A stretch of DNA of 64,000 nt from Giardia intestinalis (Eukaryota): assembly GCA_000002435.2 (NCBI GenBank), contig CM018792.1; one strand, 5' to 3'. The notes under the pieces are model-generated. The model made no database searches. It was not told the DNA's origin and saw only the letters and a list, made by a program, of their open reading frames with translations. Positions 10,684 through 21,700 of this stretch are shown piece after piece; the stretch's first letter is position 1, and each line of letters opens with the position of its first letter. The position numbers and the translations under genes are program-made.

Positions 10684-10792
10684 CCGCTCTACCTTATCAC
10701 GCTCAGGGTAGTAGTCTCTAGCTATGGTGCTGCAACTAATGTTTTGCGTTCTGGGCAAACACTTTTCAATCAAAAAAAAGTGTTCAAAAAAA

Positions 10793-12613
10793 ATGGCGGA
10801 TGGCATAGAAGATCTCCCAGAGATCAAGTTCTCTCGGATGCATCAAGAGGAAGTACCGCCTATTTATCCAGGTGCAGACTACTTGCTTTCTGGCCACCCT
10901 ATTAGTTCTACTCAGTCTGTGCATTTTGTGCCTCCGGGGCTTATTCCTATCAATGGCCAGTCTGGTCTCGATCCCTCGCCTATTCATCAAGCTGTGCCGT
11001 ACTACTCCCCCTCTCACGCACATGCTCTGTCTCCTGTGACGGGCTCGTTGACTAGTAGTACTGCAGCGCTGGCCACTGCACCCCTTGATGGCTCTATGCC
11101 GTCTAGCGTCGGTTTAGACTTCCCGCCTCCAGATATGGCGCATCGCCCTGCTTGCACAGCAACTCCAGTGTCGTCAGTGACCTCTGGCGTGTCTCCTCCA
11201 CACAACCTCTCCTTAAACCCTAACCCGGTCACTGTTCCTATGTCGATACCCGTACAGATGGCACCCGTTGCTTCCTCTCCATCGCTACTATGTGCCATGC
11301 AGTATCCTACTCAGCATCAGTATCCTAGCAGTTTTCCGTCCCTAGCCCATGGTAACCCTGGCCATCCATACTACTTCTCCTGTCCTCCATTCCCCTACTC
11401 GGCAGGCTCCTTGCACAGTCAGCCACCCGTACATTCGCACTCTCCCGTTGCAGGGCCAGTTCCGTTCTACTTTACACCTCATACTGCACCTCAGCTGGCT
11501 TATTCACAACCAGTACTCTCTACTCAGACTTTTGCACCACTTACAGTACCCCCTGTACCCGTCCCCAGTGGTGGACAGAGCTCTTTGACAGCCGTAGCTG
11601 CAACCACAGCGGCAACTACAATAGCTGTTCGTAGGACCGGTGGCAAGGACCGTCCATCTATCTTCCAAGAGCGAGCGAGGGTAAGCGTATCTACGAGACG
11701 GGGTGAACCCCCTGAGGTGTCCTCCAAGGACGCTGCTGAGGCAAAGAAAGCCGAACTGATGCAAGCAGGCCCACGGGCTGCAATAGCATATATGAGGGAA
11801 AATGAAAAGCACATAGAGGTGCTTATGATGTCTCCTTGTGGAAATCATCTGCTCCAGGCCCTCGTTAAGCTTTCTCCAGATGTTGTAGGGTCCATTATAC
11901 TCAACAGTACAACATATAATGAGGACATCTTCAGGATGATTATTAAGGGGAAATGTAGCTGCTGGGTTTTACAGGCTATATTTAGTTGTGGATACGTTCA
12001 CGACAAGACTTTTGAGGATTTACTGATCAAGCATCACGAGGAGATTGCAAAAAGTGAGTATGGAAACTTTGTCCTTCAAAGGGCTATAGAGTGCCCACAG
12101 TTTCAGTTTTTTGATACTTTGTCCGAACATCTCCTGCTAAGCTTTCAATCTATATGCGGCTGTAAGTACGGTTCTCACGTGGCAGAGTGTCTCATCAAGA
12201 CCCTTTCTGCAAGATCTAAGCTTGATGCCGCTGCATACTGGCTGTTCACTCAACCATATTTTTATGGCCTAATAATTGACCAGCACGGATGCTTTGTAGT
12301 AGAGAAGATAGCAGAGGTTGCAACAGGAGAAGTGAAGACATGCTGCTTACGTATTGTTAAGTATGTGATTAGTCTTTTCGCCCCCGGCAGCCAGCCTCAC
12401 GAAGCGGCAGAGCTATTGGGTATTACTCAGCAGATTACCCCTAATCTAGTTGAAAACATCAATAGTATTCTTTATTCTGTTAAATTGAGATGTAGAACCA
12501 TCAATAAATCCTTTGAGTCCATGGTTCCAATGTCTCAAAAAGATCTTCATGCATTTCTTAAGGACCGCAATATTTCGGTAGTAGGTCCTATGGGCTGCTC
12601 GGACGCTATGTAA
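10793..12613 (+). CDS. PUF/Pumilio-family RNA-binding protein with a Pro/Ser-rich N-terminus.
   Basis: The C-terminal half contains tandem Pumilio-like repeats: GNHLLQALVKL, CSCWVLQAIF, GNFVLQRAIE, KYGSHVAECLIK and QHGCFVVEKIAE. The start is taken at MADGIEDL, preceded by caaaaaaaATG. The track ORF starts 69 nt earlier. Confidence 0.6.
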   Translation: MADGIEDLPEIKFSRMHQEEVPPIYPGADYLLSGHPISSTQSVHFVPPGLIPINGQSGLDPSPIHQAVPYYSPSHAHALSPVTGSLTSSTAALATAPLDGSMPSSVGLDFPPPDMAHRPACTATPVSSVTSGVSPPHNLSLNPNPVTVPMSIPVQMAPVASSPSLLCAMQYPTQHQYPSSFPSLAHGNPGHPYYFSCPPFPYSAGSLHSQPPVHSHSPVAGPVPFYFTPHTAPQLAYSQPVLSTQTFAPLTVPPVPVPSGGQSSLTAVAATTAATTIAVRRTGGKDRPSIFQERARVSVSTRRGEPPEVSSKDAAEAKKAELMQAGPRAAIAYMRENEKHIEVLMMSPCGNHLLQALVKLSPDVVGSIILNSTTYNEDIFRMIIKGKCSCWVLQAIFSCGYVHDKTFEDLLIKHHEEIAKSEYGNFVLQRAIECPQFQFFDTLSEHLLLSFQSICGCKYGSHVAECLIKTLSARSKLDAAAYWLFTQPYFYGLIIDQHGCFVVEKIAEVATGEVKTCCLRIVKYVISLFAPGSQPHEAAELLGITQQITPNLVENINSILYSVKLRCRTINKSFESMVPMSQKDLHAFLKDRNISVVGPMGCSDAM

Positions 12614-12625
12614 ATGCAATGTCTC

Positions 12626-14068
12626 TTAGTCATCCTCCACATCTTTTTCGTCATCGTCCACTGTGAGCTTGTGCTGCTTGCGGGAGGGAACATCCAGACG
12701 TATGTTAAAGACATCCTGGATGGGTGTGGCAAGAGACCAGCCAAATGGCTGTAATATATATGCAGTCGAGTTAGAGCTTCCAACGGCCAAACTGAGGGAG
12801 TCCTCCCCAGTGCACCAAGCAAGAGAGAACACGGAAAACTCAACTGGCTCCACATGCAGCACCGTTAATGAGTCCGCTACATATGCGCACAAGGCTATTC
12901 CAGGAATCTCTGGGCCACCGACTGCAATAAGACCCTTGACTGCGGGATGCACTGAGAGGCCCGTTAACGGCGCCTTGCCAGGAGAGAGGTCGATGGATAC
13001 AGCATATTCTGCTAGGGGGAAAATAGATCCCACAACTGCTGACTGAGGATCTTTTTTAATATCCAACACAAGTAGTTCGCCCATTTCGGTAGTGCAGCAC
13101 AGCAAGTCTTCTGTTAACCAATCTAATTGCTCCGGATCTGCCTTCAGAACGGTAAGGATCTTAGGGGCCGGAGAGGGATCCATCACAGATATCACAGCAA
13201 CCTTCCGATCTCCAATACAGGTAGATGCCAGTAGGCCTGGACAAAATGGATTGAAAAGTACACAGGAAACAGGCCCGCCACTATGTACATTAGAGAATGT
13301 AGCAATGCATTTGGCTGTGTTAAGATCCCAAAGCTTGATTGTCTCGTCTGCAGAGCCTGAGGCAAGTATGTTACGATGCAAAGATGACCATGAAAGCGTG
13401 AGCACATGATCTTTGTGGGAGCCCGGTAGAGGGACCTGCTTAGTTCGTTTGTTCTTTAAGTAATGATTGTACGGTGCTGACTTCTTTGGCTTTAGACCCA
13501 CCTCTTGGAAGCCACCCAATGTAAGCACTGGTGAAATGGTATCAAGAGTGTCTAAATCCCATATTTCAATCTCTGTGGAGCAAGTTGATACTGCACAATA
13601 GTTGCCAGAGGCACCGTTTCCAAGCGGAGAAAAGTCTAGATATACGGTACAAAGGGGGATAGAGGTGATGAGTATATTGTGGTGGAAAAAGAAATCGTCC
13701 GTTTGTCCATTATAAACAAGACAGTCAACAAACCCTAGCTCTGCAGAGCGCGCGCATATAAGCATATTGTCACTATTAACTAGTTGGAATTGGTCTCGCT
13801 GCTCCTCATCGTCATCATCTACGATATTCTCTGGAGCGTGTGCCCCCTCCTGAATAGCAGGGGCTTCCCTCTGAGGTTCTTCAGGGCACCCTTCTGGCTG
13901 CTCTTCATCTGACTGGGAATCGTATTCCTCTGGCTCATCCGGCACCACTCCTGCCTTTAGTTCCTCCATAAGCGCTCGCGCCGCCTTCTCGTCAGCTTCT
14001 GTTGGCTGATACTTAAGTGGATTGTGCAGCAAGCGCCCACGCGGCACCCATGCCATGGAGGAAAACAT
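12626..14068 (-). CDS. PWP1: Periodic tryptophan protein 1 (PWP1) homolog, a WD40 ribosome-biogenesis factor.
   Basis: The N-terminus has WVPRG, an acidic stretch follows, then the diagnostic block FFFHHNILITS...SGNYCAV...EIEIWDLDTLDTISPVLTLGG...HKDHVLTLSWSS...LASGSADETIKLWDL, which is collinear with PWP1. The start is taken at the ATG preceded by attaaaATG; the alternative ATG at 14056 gives MAWVPRG. Confidence 0.8.
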   Translation of the reverse strand: MFSSMAWVPRGRLLHNPLKYQPTEADEKAARALMEELKAGVVPDEPEEYDSQSDEEQPEGCPEEPQREAPAIQEGAHAPENIVDDDDEEQRDQFQLVNSDNMLICARSAELGFVDCLVYNGQTDDFFFHHNILITSIPLCTVYLDFSPLGNGASGNYCAVSTCSTEIEIWDLDTLDTISPVLTLGGFQEVGLKPKKSAPYNHYLKNKRTKQVPLPGSHKDHVLTLSWSSLHRNILASGSADETIKLWDLNTAKCIATFSNVHSGGPVSCVLFNPFCPGLLASTCIGDRKVAVISVMDPSPAPKILTVLKADPEQLDWLTEDLLCCTTEMGELLVLDIKKDPQSAVVGSIFPLAEYAVSIDLSPGKAPLTGLSVHPAVKGLIAVGGPEIPGIALCAYVADSLTVLHVEPVEFSVFSLAWCTGEDSLSLAVGSSNSTAYILQPFGWSLATPIQDVFNIRLDVPSRKQHKLTVDDDEKDVEDD

Positions 14069-14090
14069 TTTAATTGTAATCCAGAAGCCG

Positions 14091-15965
14091 ATGGAGCATA
14101 CTTCTATCGATGAGGTACGCGCATCAATGAAAGCGTTCATTGAGTCCGCAGATGGAAGGACACCCTCCAGGGATGATGCCCTTGTCTGGTGTGGTGCCGT
14201 GGGGAGCAACGATTCGACCTCAGATGATGTTACCCTGCTTCTCCAAGTAATACGGAAAATGTACTCCTCTGTAACTGCTTCAGAGCAGACTACTCAACTT
14301 TCTGAACCCTTTCTGCTTGGCTTTCCTCAGGCAGCTGTGTCGATTATTTACGAAAGATTTCCGAAACACGACGCTCTGATGGCAGAGCTTATTACTGTCC
14401 TTAATGTGACAGCCACGTCTGTTGCTTCTCTTACCATATGTTTAACTACATCACTGGAGGCGTTACTCCTAAACTTAGTTCTATCTAATGTTGACTTTAT
14501 TGACACAATTGCAGGAACGGTTGTCATGCTAGATCTTCTCGACTTGCTAGCTAAGCTATCACACGTGGAGACTGCGCGAAAGAGAGTCTTTTCTGACTCA
14601 CGATTTACTCGCTTTATAAACTATGTCTCAGCTTCTATTATTGAGGAGATATCGACAACAAATACATTCGTAGATCTGCTCTTTGAAGAGCAATCCAAAG
14701 ATCCCCAAGACTCCCGTGATTTGGCTGATTTCCAATCTGTGTTTCTGCACAACACAGATGCACAATACAAGCTTCTGACATATCAACGCTTGTGTGGATG
14801 TGCATATGTCGTTTCTCTTTCTTCTGATAAAGTTGCAAATATAATTGCTAGTACACGCATCCCGGCGCTTTCTTTTGAACTGGTGAGCAAGATTATAGAG
14901 ATATCTTCGCTTGGCGTCATGCAAGTCAGCAAAGAATTGGCAGGGCCTTTGCACTCACTGAATAAAACGCTGGCTGGAGCGCTTGCAGTTGTAATTTCAT
15001 TGCTTCGTTCCAAGCACAATCTGAAGGTCATGAGGCACTATGATTTTCTCCCTCTCGTGGTCGAACTATTGAGACTTTATAGCCATGATGAGCACGAGTC
15101 GATCATATCTAATGAAATCTGTTCGTTTTCATGTATGTTGCTATCGTCGCTTTCTGCTTTTTCCAAGCAATTTGCAGAAAGAATGTACCAGATGCATGTT
15201 CTTTCATTACTAGTGGACGTCATTTCAATCTGTGTTATAGATGAACTGGTGGTCGTTTTCCGCTCTGCTATGTCCTCTCTTGTTGATCTTTCCAACACAC
15301 TTCGGGGGACATTTGGATTCTCCAGAATGAAGCCTTTGATCGAGGATCTGCAAGCACATACAGTTCCTCCGTGTACCGATATCACTGATTTAGTTAATAA
15401 GTTAGTAGATTCCTTCAGTCACTACGTTGATGATGATGAATCTGTTCTCTATTTTGCTGAGTTTGTGCAACTATATACCTCCGGATCTGTAGCCTATGAC
15501 TTTGTTCGCCATGCTATGCTTGCAGCCAATGTCTCGCAGCTTCTACTCGATTCTTGTTCATCTGACAAGCTAGTCATTGCGGTAAAAACACGGTGCATGC
15601 ACGCCCTTGCCAAGTTACTCCGCGTAAAGACTCCAAGTGCAGATGAACTCTTGGTGCTGATCCCGAAGGTTCTCTCGTTTACGCCCACTTTCATGAAGAC
15701 ATGCGTTAAAAAGGCGGAGGACCCATATACAGATCTGACCAATGAGCACAGGTCTTCTATTCCCATGCGCAACCTCCCGTATGAGTATCGCAAATGTGTA
15801 TCTGCTTGCAAAGAAGTCCTTGAAGTTCTTGGGCATGCTGAGGGAAGGAATAAGATTAAGTATACAATGTATAGCATGTTATTCACCGGCACCGTCTTCA
15901 TGATCGTCTACGTGATTGTCCTGCTCTTTCCTAACACGTTCAAGCGCCCATATTTTGACCAGTAG
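14091..15965 (+). CDS. Hypothetical protein of about 625 aa with a C-terminal transmembrane helix.
   Basis: The ORF is open for 1.9 kb. The start is placed at the ATG preceded by aaaacattttaattgtaatccagaagccg; an alternative ATG lies at 14055. The C-terminus FTGTVFMIVYVIVLLF is hydrophobic. Confidence 0.6.
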   Translation: MEHTSIDEVRASMKAFIESADGRTPSRDDALVWCGAVGSNDSTSDDVTLLLQVIRKMYSSVTASEQTTQLSEPFLLGFPQAAVSIIYERFPKHDALMAELITVLNVTATSVASLTICLTTSLEALLLNLVLSNVDFIDTIAGTVVMLDLLDLLAKLSHVETARKRVFSDSRFTRFINYVSASIIEEISTTNTFVDLLFEEQSKDPQDSRDLADFQSVFLHNTDAQYKLLTYQRLCGCAYVVSLSSDKVANIIASTRIPALSFELVSKIIEISSLGVMQVSKELAGPLHSLNKTLAGALAVVISLLRSKHNLKVMRHYDFLPLVVELLRLYSHDEHESIISNEICSFSCMLLSSLSAFSKQFAERMYQMHVLSLLVDVISICVIDELVVVFRSAMSSLVDLSNTLRGTFGFSRMKPLIEDLQAHTVPPCTDITDLVNKLVDSFSHYVDDDESVLYFAEFVQLYTSGSVAYDFVRHAMLAANVSQLLLDSCSSDKLVIAVKTRCMHALAKLLRVKTPSADELLVLIPKVLSFTPTFMKTCVKKAEDPYTDLTNEHRSSIPMRNLPYEYRKCVSACKEVLEVLGHAEGRNKIKYTMYSMLFTGTVFMIVYVIVLLFPNTFKRPYFDQ

Positions 15966-15973
15966 ATGGAACC

Positions 15974-17920
15974 CTACTCGTCCGCCCAATCCGAGAGGAT
16001 ACTACTTTCGCTTTTTTCTACTTTTGCTTTTGGAAAGACAGGCATTTGTGTCACAGAGTCAATAGGTATCTTTCTATCTGAGCATCCAGAAATTTTCAAG
16101 TAATTAAGAATCGAGTATTGATATGCATCAATGTACATTGTACTCAAGCCGATTGTTTCTGCACATATTGGACAATTCCACTTGTCTGTTTCACAAGCAT
16201 AAGTAACAAACGTCTCCAGATCAAAGCAAGCCGGGTGCTTACAGGTGCATCCTCGCACTGGGATCCTGATTCTGGCTCTGCTTATCGGGTCTTCCAAGCT
16301 GACGTATTCTCTTGACATATTTGTGGCTTGTTCTTCTGATACTGTGCCTTTGAGGAACTGCTCCTCTGATAGTCCCTGTGCTTGGCTGATGCCTCTGATT
16401 AACTGAAGCTCTATACTGATGAAGAGTCTGTTTATTTTGGTGAATTCAACCTGTGGATGCCGTTGTTTAACTAAGCTTATGAACTTCTCTGGGGTGTACT
16501 GCTCAGTGGCAATCCGTGAGTAAAACTCTTCAGGATTGTCAACAGTGGCGTAGAGATCGTCAATGTCATTGAATGAGATGTCGTCGAGAGCGCAGCCGTC
16601 AATTAGGCGGAGGTATAAGTAAGCCTTAGTAAATGCAGCAGAGTATTTGATGATGGTGGCGTAGGGGAGACTATTGGTTAGATGCAGTCTGTAGATAGAT
16701 TGATCGCAAAATAGTTTAGAACTATCTCTTGACTTGAACTCGTTGCAAATCCCTTGAGAGCTCAGACCGCGGCGTTTCTCAGCCACGAAGCAGATGGAGT
16801 TTAAATTAAGGGTGTTCTTATTTTGGTGAGTAAAAAAGTGGCAAACCATTGGAATCGTCCTGAGGTTACTGACTCTTATTTCTTCTGTTGCTGCAAGTAG
16901 CATTGGAGGAGTGTCCAGAACCATATTGATGACTCGTGCAATCCAACAGAAAATCGCAGGATGTGTATGTGCATCCCGAATGAGCATCTCCGTCAACGAA
17001 AGGAAAACTGTGTCTGGAGCATTGACAAGCGTCCTACCATCCACTTCGATGGGCTGCTTATACGTATATATGGCCCGTTGTGTTTCGGGAATGAATCCAA
17101 TCTTAATCATCAGGCATTCTATAGGAAGAATGTGCCTTGCAGTATCCAATGTCTTCGCTAAGCAGAAGAATGTCTCGTGATCATCTAGCTGTAGTTCTAT
17201 ACTGCGAGTAAGGGCTTGTTTGAGGAGACGTCGAGCATGTTTGAGATCATATTGATTGAAGTTAACAGAATGCTGTTTGGAAAATATGGAATAGAGTGTT
17301 GGAGATAGAAGCCTCTTTATCAGTTGAGGGCCAACCACGAGGATAAGAGGGGAAGCAGACTTGAGTGGGCTAGAGGATAAAATAGCGCGTACATTTAGGC
17401 ACGGATGAAATAACAATTTAGAGGTTTTAGCTGAATATTTATTGTTTCGTGTTATCAAGTAGAGTATTTGATTATTAAAAGTTTGTGTTTCGTCGTAGAT
17501 ATACTTATAGTATGGACTGACGGTTATAGTTATTGGAAGGCCTATGGCATTCAGGTCTGCCAAAAGCTGCGATAAAATGCTTTGAAACAGCATCAGGCGA
17601 CAAGAGCAGAGCACCAGTTTGTTGGGTAGAGTGTTGTAGAGTATGTGGTACACCTTCAGTGCTTCACTAAACTTCTTCTGCTGATTCCATAGCCTGTGGA
17701 AGCGGTGTGTTGTCAGCAGCTCTATCCAATCTATAAACTGTGGATAGCACTCCTTTGGGATGTCCTCAGGGGCACCTGCAGTAATCACCTTTACATAGTG
17801 TGTGAGGAACTGCTGCCACTTAGTTATGTCTGGGGTTGACTCTGGTGAAGCCCAGATGTTACACCTTATATCCTTGTCAATGGTGTATAGGTCTAATATG
17901 GTATTGAACTTGGCGCTCAT
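15974..17920 (-). CDS. SP-RING (MIZ-type zinc finger) protein, a PIAS-like SUMO E3 ligase candidate.
   Basis: Near the C-terminus RIRIPVRGCTCKHPACFDLETFVTYACETDKWNCPICAETI matches the SP-RING C-x-C-x-H...C-P-x-C pattern. The initiator is gtaaaaataaATG. Confidence 0.7.
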   Translation of the reverse strand: MSAKFNTILDLYTIDKDIRCNIWASPESTPDITKWQQFLTHYVKVITAGAPEDIPKECYPQFIDWIELLTTHRFHRLWNQQKKFSEALKVYHILYNTLPNKLVLCSCRLMLFQSILSQLLADLNAIGLPITITVSPYYKYIYDETQTFNNQILYLITRNNKYSAKTSKLLFHPCLNVRAILSSSPLKSASPLILVVGPQLIKRLLSPTLYSIFSKQHSVNFNQYDLKHARRLLKQALTRSIELQLDDHETFFCLAKTLDTARHILPIECLMIKIGFIPETQRAIYTYKQPIEVDGRTLVNAPDTVFLSLTEMLIRDAHTHPAIFCWIARVINMVLDTPPMLLAATEEIRVSNLRTIPMVCHFFTHQNKNTLNLNSICFVAEKRRGLSSQGICNEFKSRDSSKLFCDQSIYRLHLTNSLPYATIIKYSAAFTKAYLYLRLIDGCALDDISFNDIDDLYATVDNPEEFYSRIATEQYTPEKFISLVKQRHPQVEFTKINRLFISIELQLIRGISQAQGLSEEQFLKGTVSEEQATNMSREYVSLEDPISRARIRIPVRGCTCKHPACFDLETFVTYACETDKWNCPICAETIGLSTMYIDAYQYSILNYLKISGCSDRKIPIDSVTQMPVFPKAKVEKSESSILSDWADE

Positions 17921-17955
17921 TTATTTTTACCGACACTGTTTACTGCTGATGACGG

Positions 17956-18654
17956 CTACATAACATTCCTAATCACAACGGGCAAATCAGTGGGAAGGAC
18001 GTCGCAATACTTTGCATCTGCGGTATCGATGAATGCCGCCATATCTAGCAGCTTGAGAGATACTTTCCCAAGGCTAAGCTCTGGGACATTTAAATTAGCA
18101 TTTTTAATAGCAAGATAAAGGAAGTGATAGAACTTTTTGCTTTTTAATGTCAGATTGTTTTTCATGGCACCCATTAAAGCAAGTTCGTATTGCATGATAT
18201 TTTGCGCCGACACTCCCGTATTTGCTACTGCACATGCATCACCGAGATGTAGCATGCTCTCACCATACATCTTACACCCCAGAGCCAAGGAGGCTATCAT
18301 CGGCCCGAGGGTGTAGTAGGTCGTCTCAGAAAATAACTTATACGCCAGCATCCGTTCATAGTACATCAGGGCGGCAATTAGAATAACACGCTCTTCTTTG
18401 CAAGACGCGATCAGGAGACGAAGACGCTTTACAAGGCTGTCATCGGTGAGGAGGTGTGAGCGCTGGTACTTCACCTTCAGAAGGACGTCCAGAATGCAAA
18501 CGAAGAAATTCTGAAACTCCCTTTCTGACATCCTGTCAATGAGCTGAAGAAAATCATAGTGTGAGATGGCATCACTGTGCGCATCGTCATCAAGAAAGGA
18601 GAGGTATGACATTTTTAAAATGCCGCGCACGATGAGCTTTATAAGCTGAGCCAA
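17956..18654 (-). CDS. Cyclin-like protein of the PHO80/Pcl-type cyclin-box family.
   Basis: ILIAALMYYERM...LGCKMYGE...NIMQYELALMGAMKNNL follows the cyclin-box pattern of Pho85-type cyclins. The assignment rests on the motif only. Confidence 0.45.
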   Translation of the reverse strand: MAQLIKLIVRGILKMSYLSFLDDDAHSDAISHYDFLQLIDRMSEREFQNFFVCILDVLLKVKYQRSHLLTDDSLVKRLRLLIASCKEERVILIAALMYYERMLAYKLFSETTYYTLGPMIASLALGCKMYGESMLHLGDACAVANTGVSAQNIMQYELALMGAMKNNLTLKSKKFYHFLYLAIKNANLNVPELSLGKVSLKLLDMAAFIDTADAKYCDVLPTDLPVVIRNVM

Positions 18655-18763
18655 TCAACAGATGAACCATCTTGATGCATGTAAACATTTTGGCACAATT
18701 TTGCCGCTAGACTGCACGTAAAATCCTCAGCCAAAATTCCCAAAAAGGCCACGACGTAAATTA

Positions 18764-21700
18764 ATGACACATGCGTGCACGTCATGGTCACATGCATTGG
18801 ACCTTGCGGCTCAGAAATTCGACGTAGTGTCCTGGGGTCGTGAGTTGGACAGAGGAAAACCGACGGGCACCTTACGGCTATCCACTTCGTGCCTCAAGGA
18901 CAGACACATAAGAGCAATCATTTATGCCATTGAACTGGGCTATGAGCATATCACTGAGCTATCAGTACATTTCTGTAGTGACTATTCTACAGATAAGGGT
19001 ACAGAGCGGCAGGATCCATTTTCTTCCGAAGGTTGTCACTCAACGTATCTGCAGTGGCTTGGTATGACCACCAGTCTTTCACGCCCTGATTCTGAAAAGA
19101 AATCTGTCTACGACAGGCTCTCTGCAGGCACCAGTCTTTCGAGTCGTGACAACTACCCCAAAGATACAACTAAGGGCGTTGATGAGCGAGCGCTGGACAT
19201 GACAGTTGAGAGCAAGAAGCGGCTGCAAAGCATGGCGACATTGTTTCGGTTGTTAATTAGGTACTGTCCTCTCATGCAGCATCTGAAGCTGATCTCTTTT
19301 TACGGCATTTGCCCAGGGTTTCTGAGCAAGTCAACAATAACTAGTTTATTCAGTGCAATGGCACGGAACTCTGGGATGTATAAACAGCTAGACGGAATAA
19401 TAGTCAGAAACTGTCCTCTGGGCGATGATATGTTGAAATCGGCAATTCTCAACCTTTCTACGGCACTATCTATCAGGCTGCTTGTTTTACACACCTGTGG
19501 CCTGACAGATGAGTTGGCTGGCGTCCTCGGGGCAATACTTACTGCACACAAGAATGCAAGAGATAACAGGTTATGGGAGCTATGTTTAAGGAAATATGGG
19601 CCAACACTAAGGGAATCTGGCAATTCTGCAGTCCGAGAAGGTCACTTTACGTTTGCACAGTTGCAGAAGATCAGATGTATGCACGAGCTAAAAGGATTAA
19701 CATATCTTGACTTAGGGTATAATAGCTTTGGAAATGAACTATGCACAGAGCTTCTAGACAGTTTGAAGGACGACACTTATGTTCATTCTATCAGCCTAGA
19801 TGGAAACAAGGGTGTGAAGCTCTCCACATCTATTATGATACCTACATATGACAATGGAGACTTAGACTATATCTATGATAACCTCATTACCATAGTGAAG
19901 AACAACGAGGACAATTCTGCGGAGAATTTTCATTGTAGTCACGATGCAGAGTTCAAGAACAAGAATTTGCCTATTCGAATGGCAGAGCGCATTTCAGAGA
20001 TAGAGAATGGGGACTCTCGTGCATGTACCGCGCGGTCGAGAGCCGAGCAGATAGTGCTCCAATCTATCTGTCCTGACTACGAGCCCTCCACCAAATCTAA
20101 CGTAATTTCATATCTAGCCTCATATGCACGTAGCACAGACGACCTGAAAACTTTGATGACTCTTAAAGCACACCCTCTTGTGCAATTGCTGTTACAGAAC
20201 ACCACTATACTACACCTGTTACTGGACAGCTCCACAACCCCGACGCTGTTAAGGTTTGTTCATAGTCGTTTATCAGCAAACCGGAAACTGGCGAATAAGC
20301 ATCTACTAGAGAATGCTGATAAAGTTCTAACACATGAGCGGGATCTTGAGGAGGCTGTAGAAGAGCTGCGCGAGCAGGAAAATCTCCAAGGCATGATTAA
20401 AAAGCTCAAACTAGCTGCAGACCCAATCAATTTTCTTGCAGCTGAAAAACCTGTTGCTTTAGAATACGATAATTTAACACCTAGGCGCCGCAGCCGTCGA
20501 GGGAAGTCTATCTCACGGATAATAAACACAAAGCACAAACTTAAAGACCTAGAACAGCTTGATAATGATATTTCAGGACAGACCACCCCACCACTTGACA
20601 AAGATGTGTATCCTCTCTGCTCGTCTCGAGAAAAAGCATCTAACTACACCCAGTCACGTCCGCAAAGTGCTAGTAAAGTACAGCAAGCTAAGACTACACG
20701 GCGCACAGCCAAGCGACCCATTTCCGCTGAAGCACAGGCGACTCAGCGCCTCAAGGAAAATCAAAAAGAGAATATATATTACTCTAACGCATCTTCTGGC
20801 TTTTCTAACTATTCTAAAGGACCACTTCCATTTGATGTTGCAAGGAAGCCTCGTCAGCGTGCGTTATCTGCCGGGAAAAATGCTTGTAAAGAAGACTCAG
20901 ATGATGTGCCTGCATTCAGAAGAAACAAGCCCGATCCATTTGCCAGTAGGCAGACACAGCAACGATCTGTATCACAGGGCAAGGTAGGCAATACCACCAA
21001 GAATGCAATAGCTTTTACACCTGGGAAGGAGACAGGACGTTCCCTGAAAAAGCAAATCAGCGTGGAAAAACTGACCTCAACCAAGCAGAATGTAGCGATT
21101 CCGCGACAGACACGCCCCAATCAACAGCAGACTCATCGTCCAGCCACATCTACACGGTGGGAATCTCCTGTTTTATCCCGACATAACGACCATGCGTCGG
21201 TGAGTAGTGATGATGAGGCAAGGTACAGCGTTATTCACTCTCCGCGGAGACCTATTTCAACAAGCAAAAGTACGTCCCTGGTTCGTCTAAGCCAGGGAAT
21301 TCCATCGACTGAACCTCTGCGCACATCTCCACACACAAAGAAGAAGACTTCTCGACAAGAGCTACCTGTTTATGCCCCGGTTGACGCATCTGCTCTTTCA
21401 GAAATAGAACCCGTACGATCAAGCAATAGCCCGATCAACAAACCGGATAACCACGGGAGTGGTATAGAGCAATCCGATGTTAACGATATTGCCCTTAATC
21501 GCAACACTGAAGGCTCGCGTGATTCGTTTAGTAAGGCACTGCACGATAATATAGACACGATACGACTGGAGCACTACGCTCCCCCCGTTCTCACTGAACC
21601 ATCGTCTGTATATATAACTCAGGAAGACAAAAATAAGTTATATATACGGCTACTACAAGACATGGCGTCTTCTCAACAAGCTAGCAGTGAGTATGATGAT

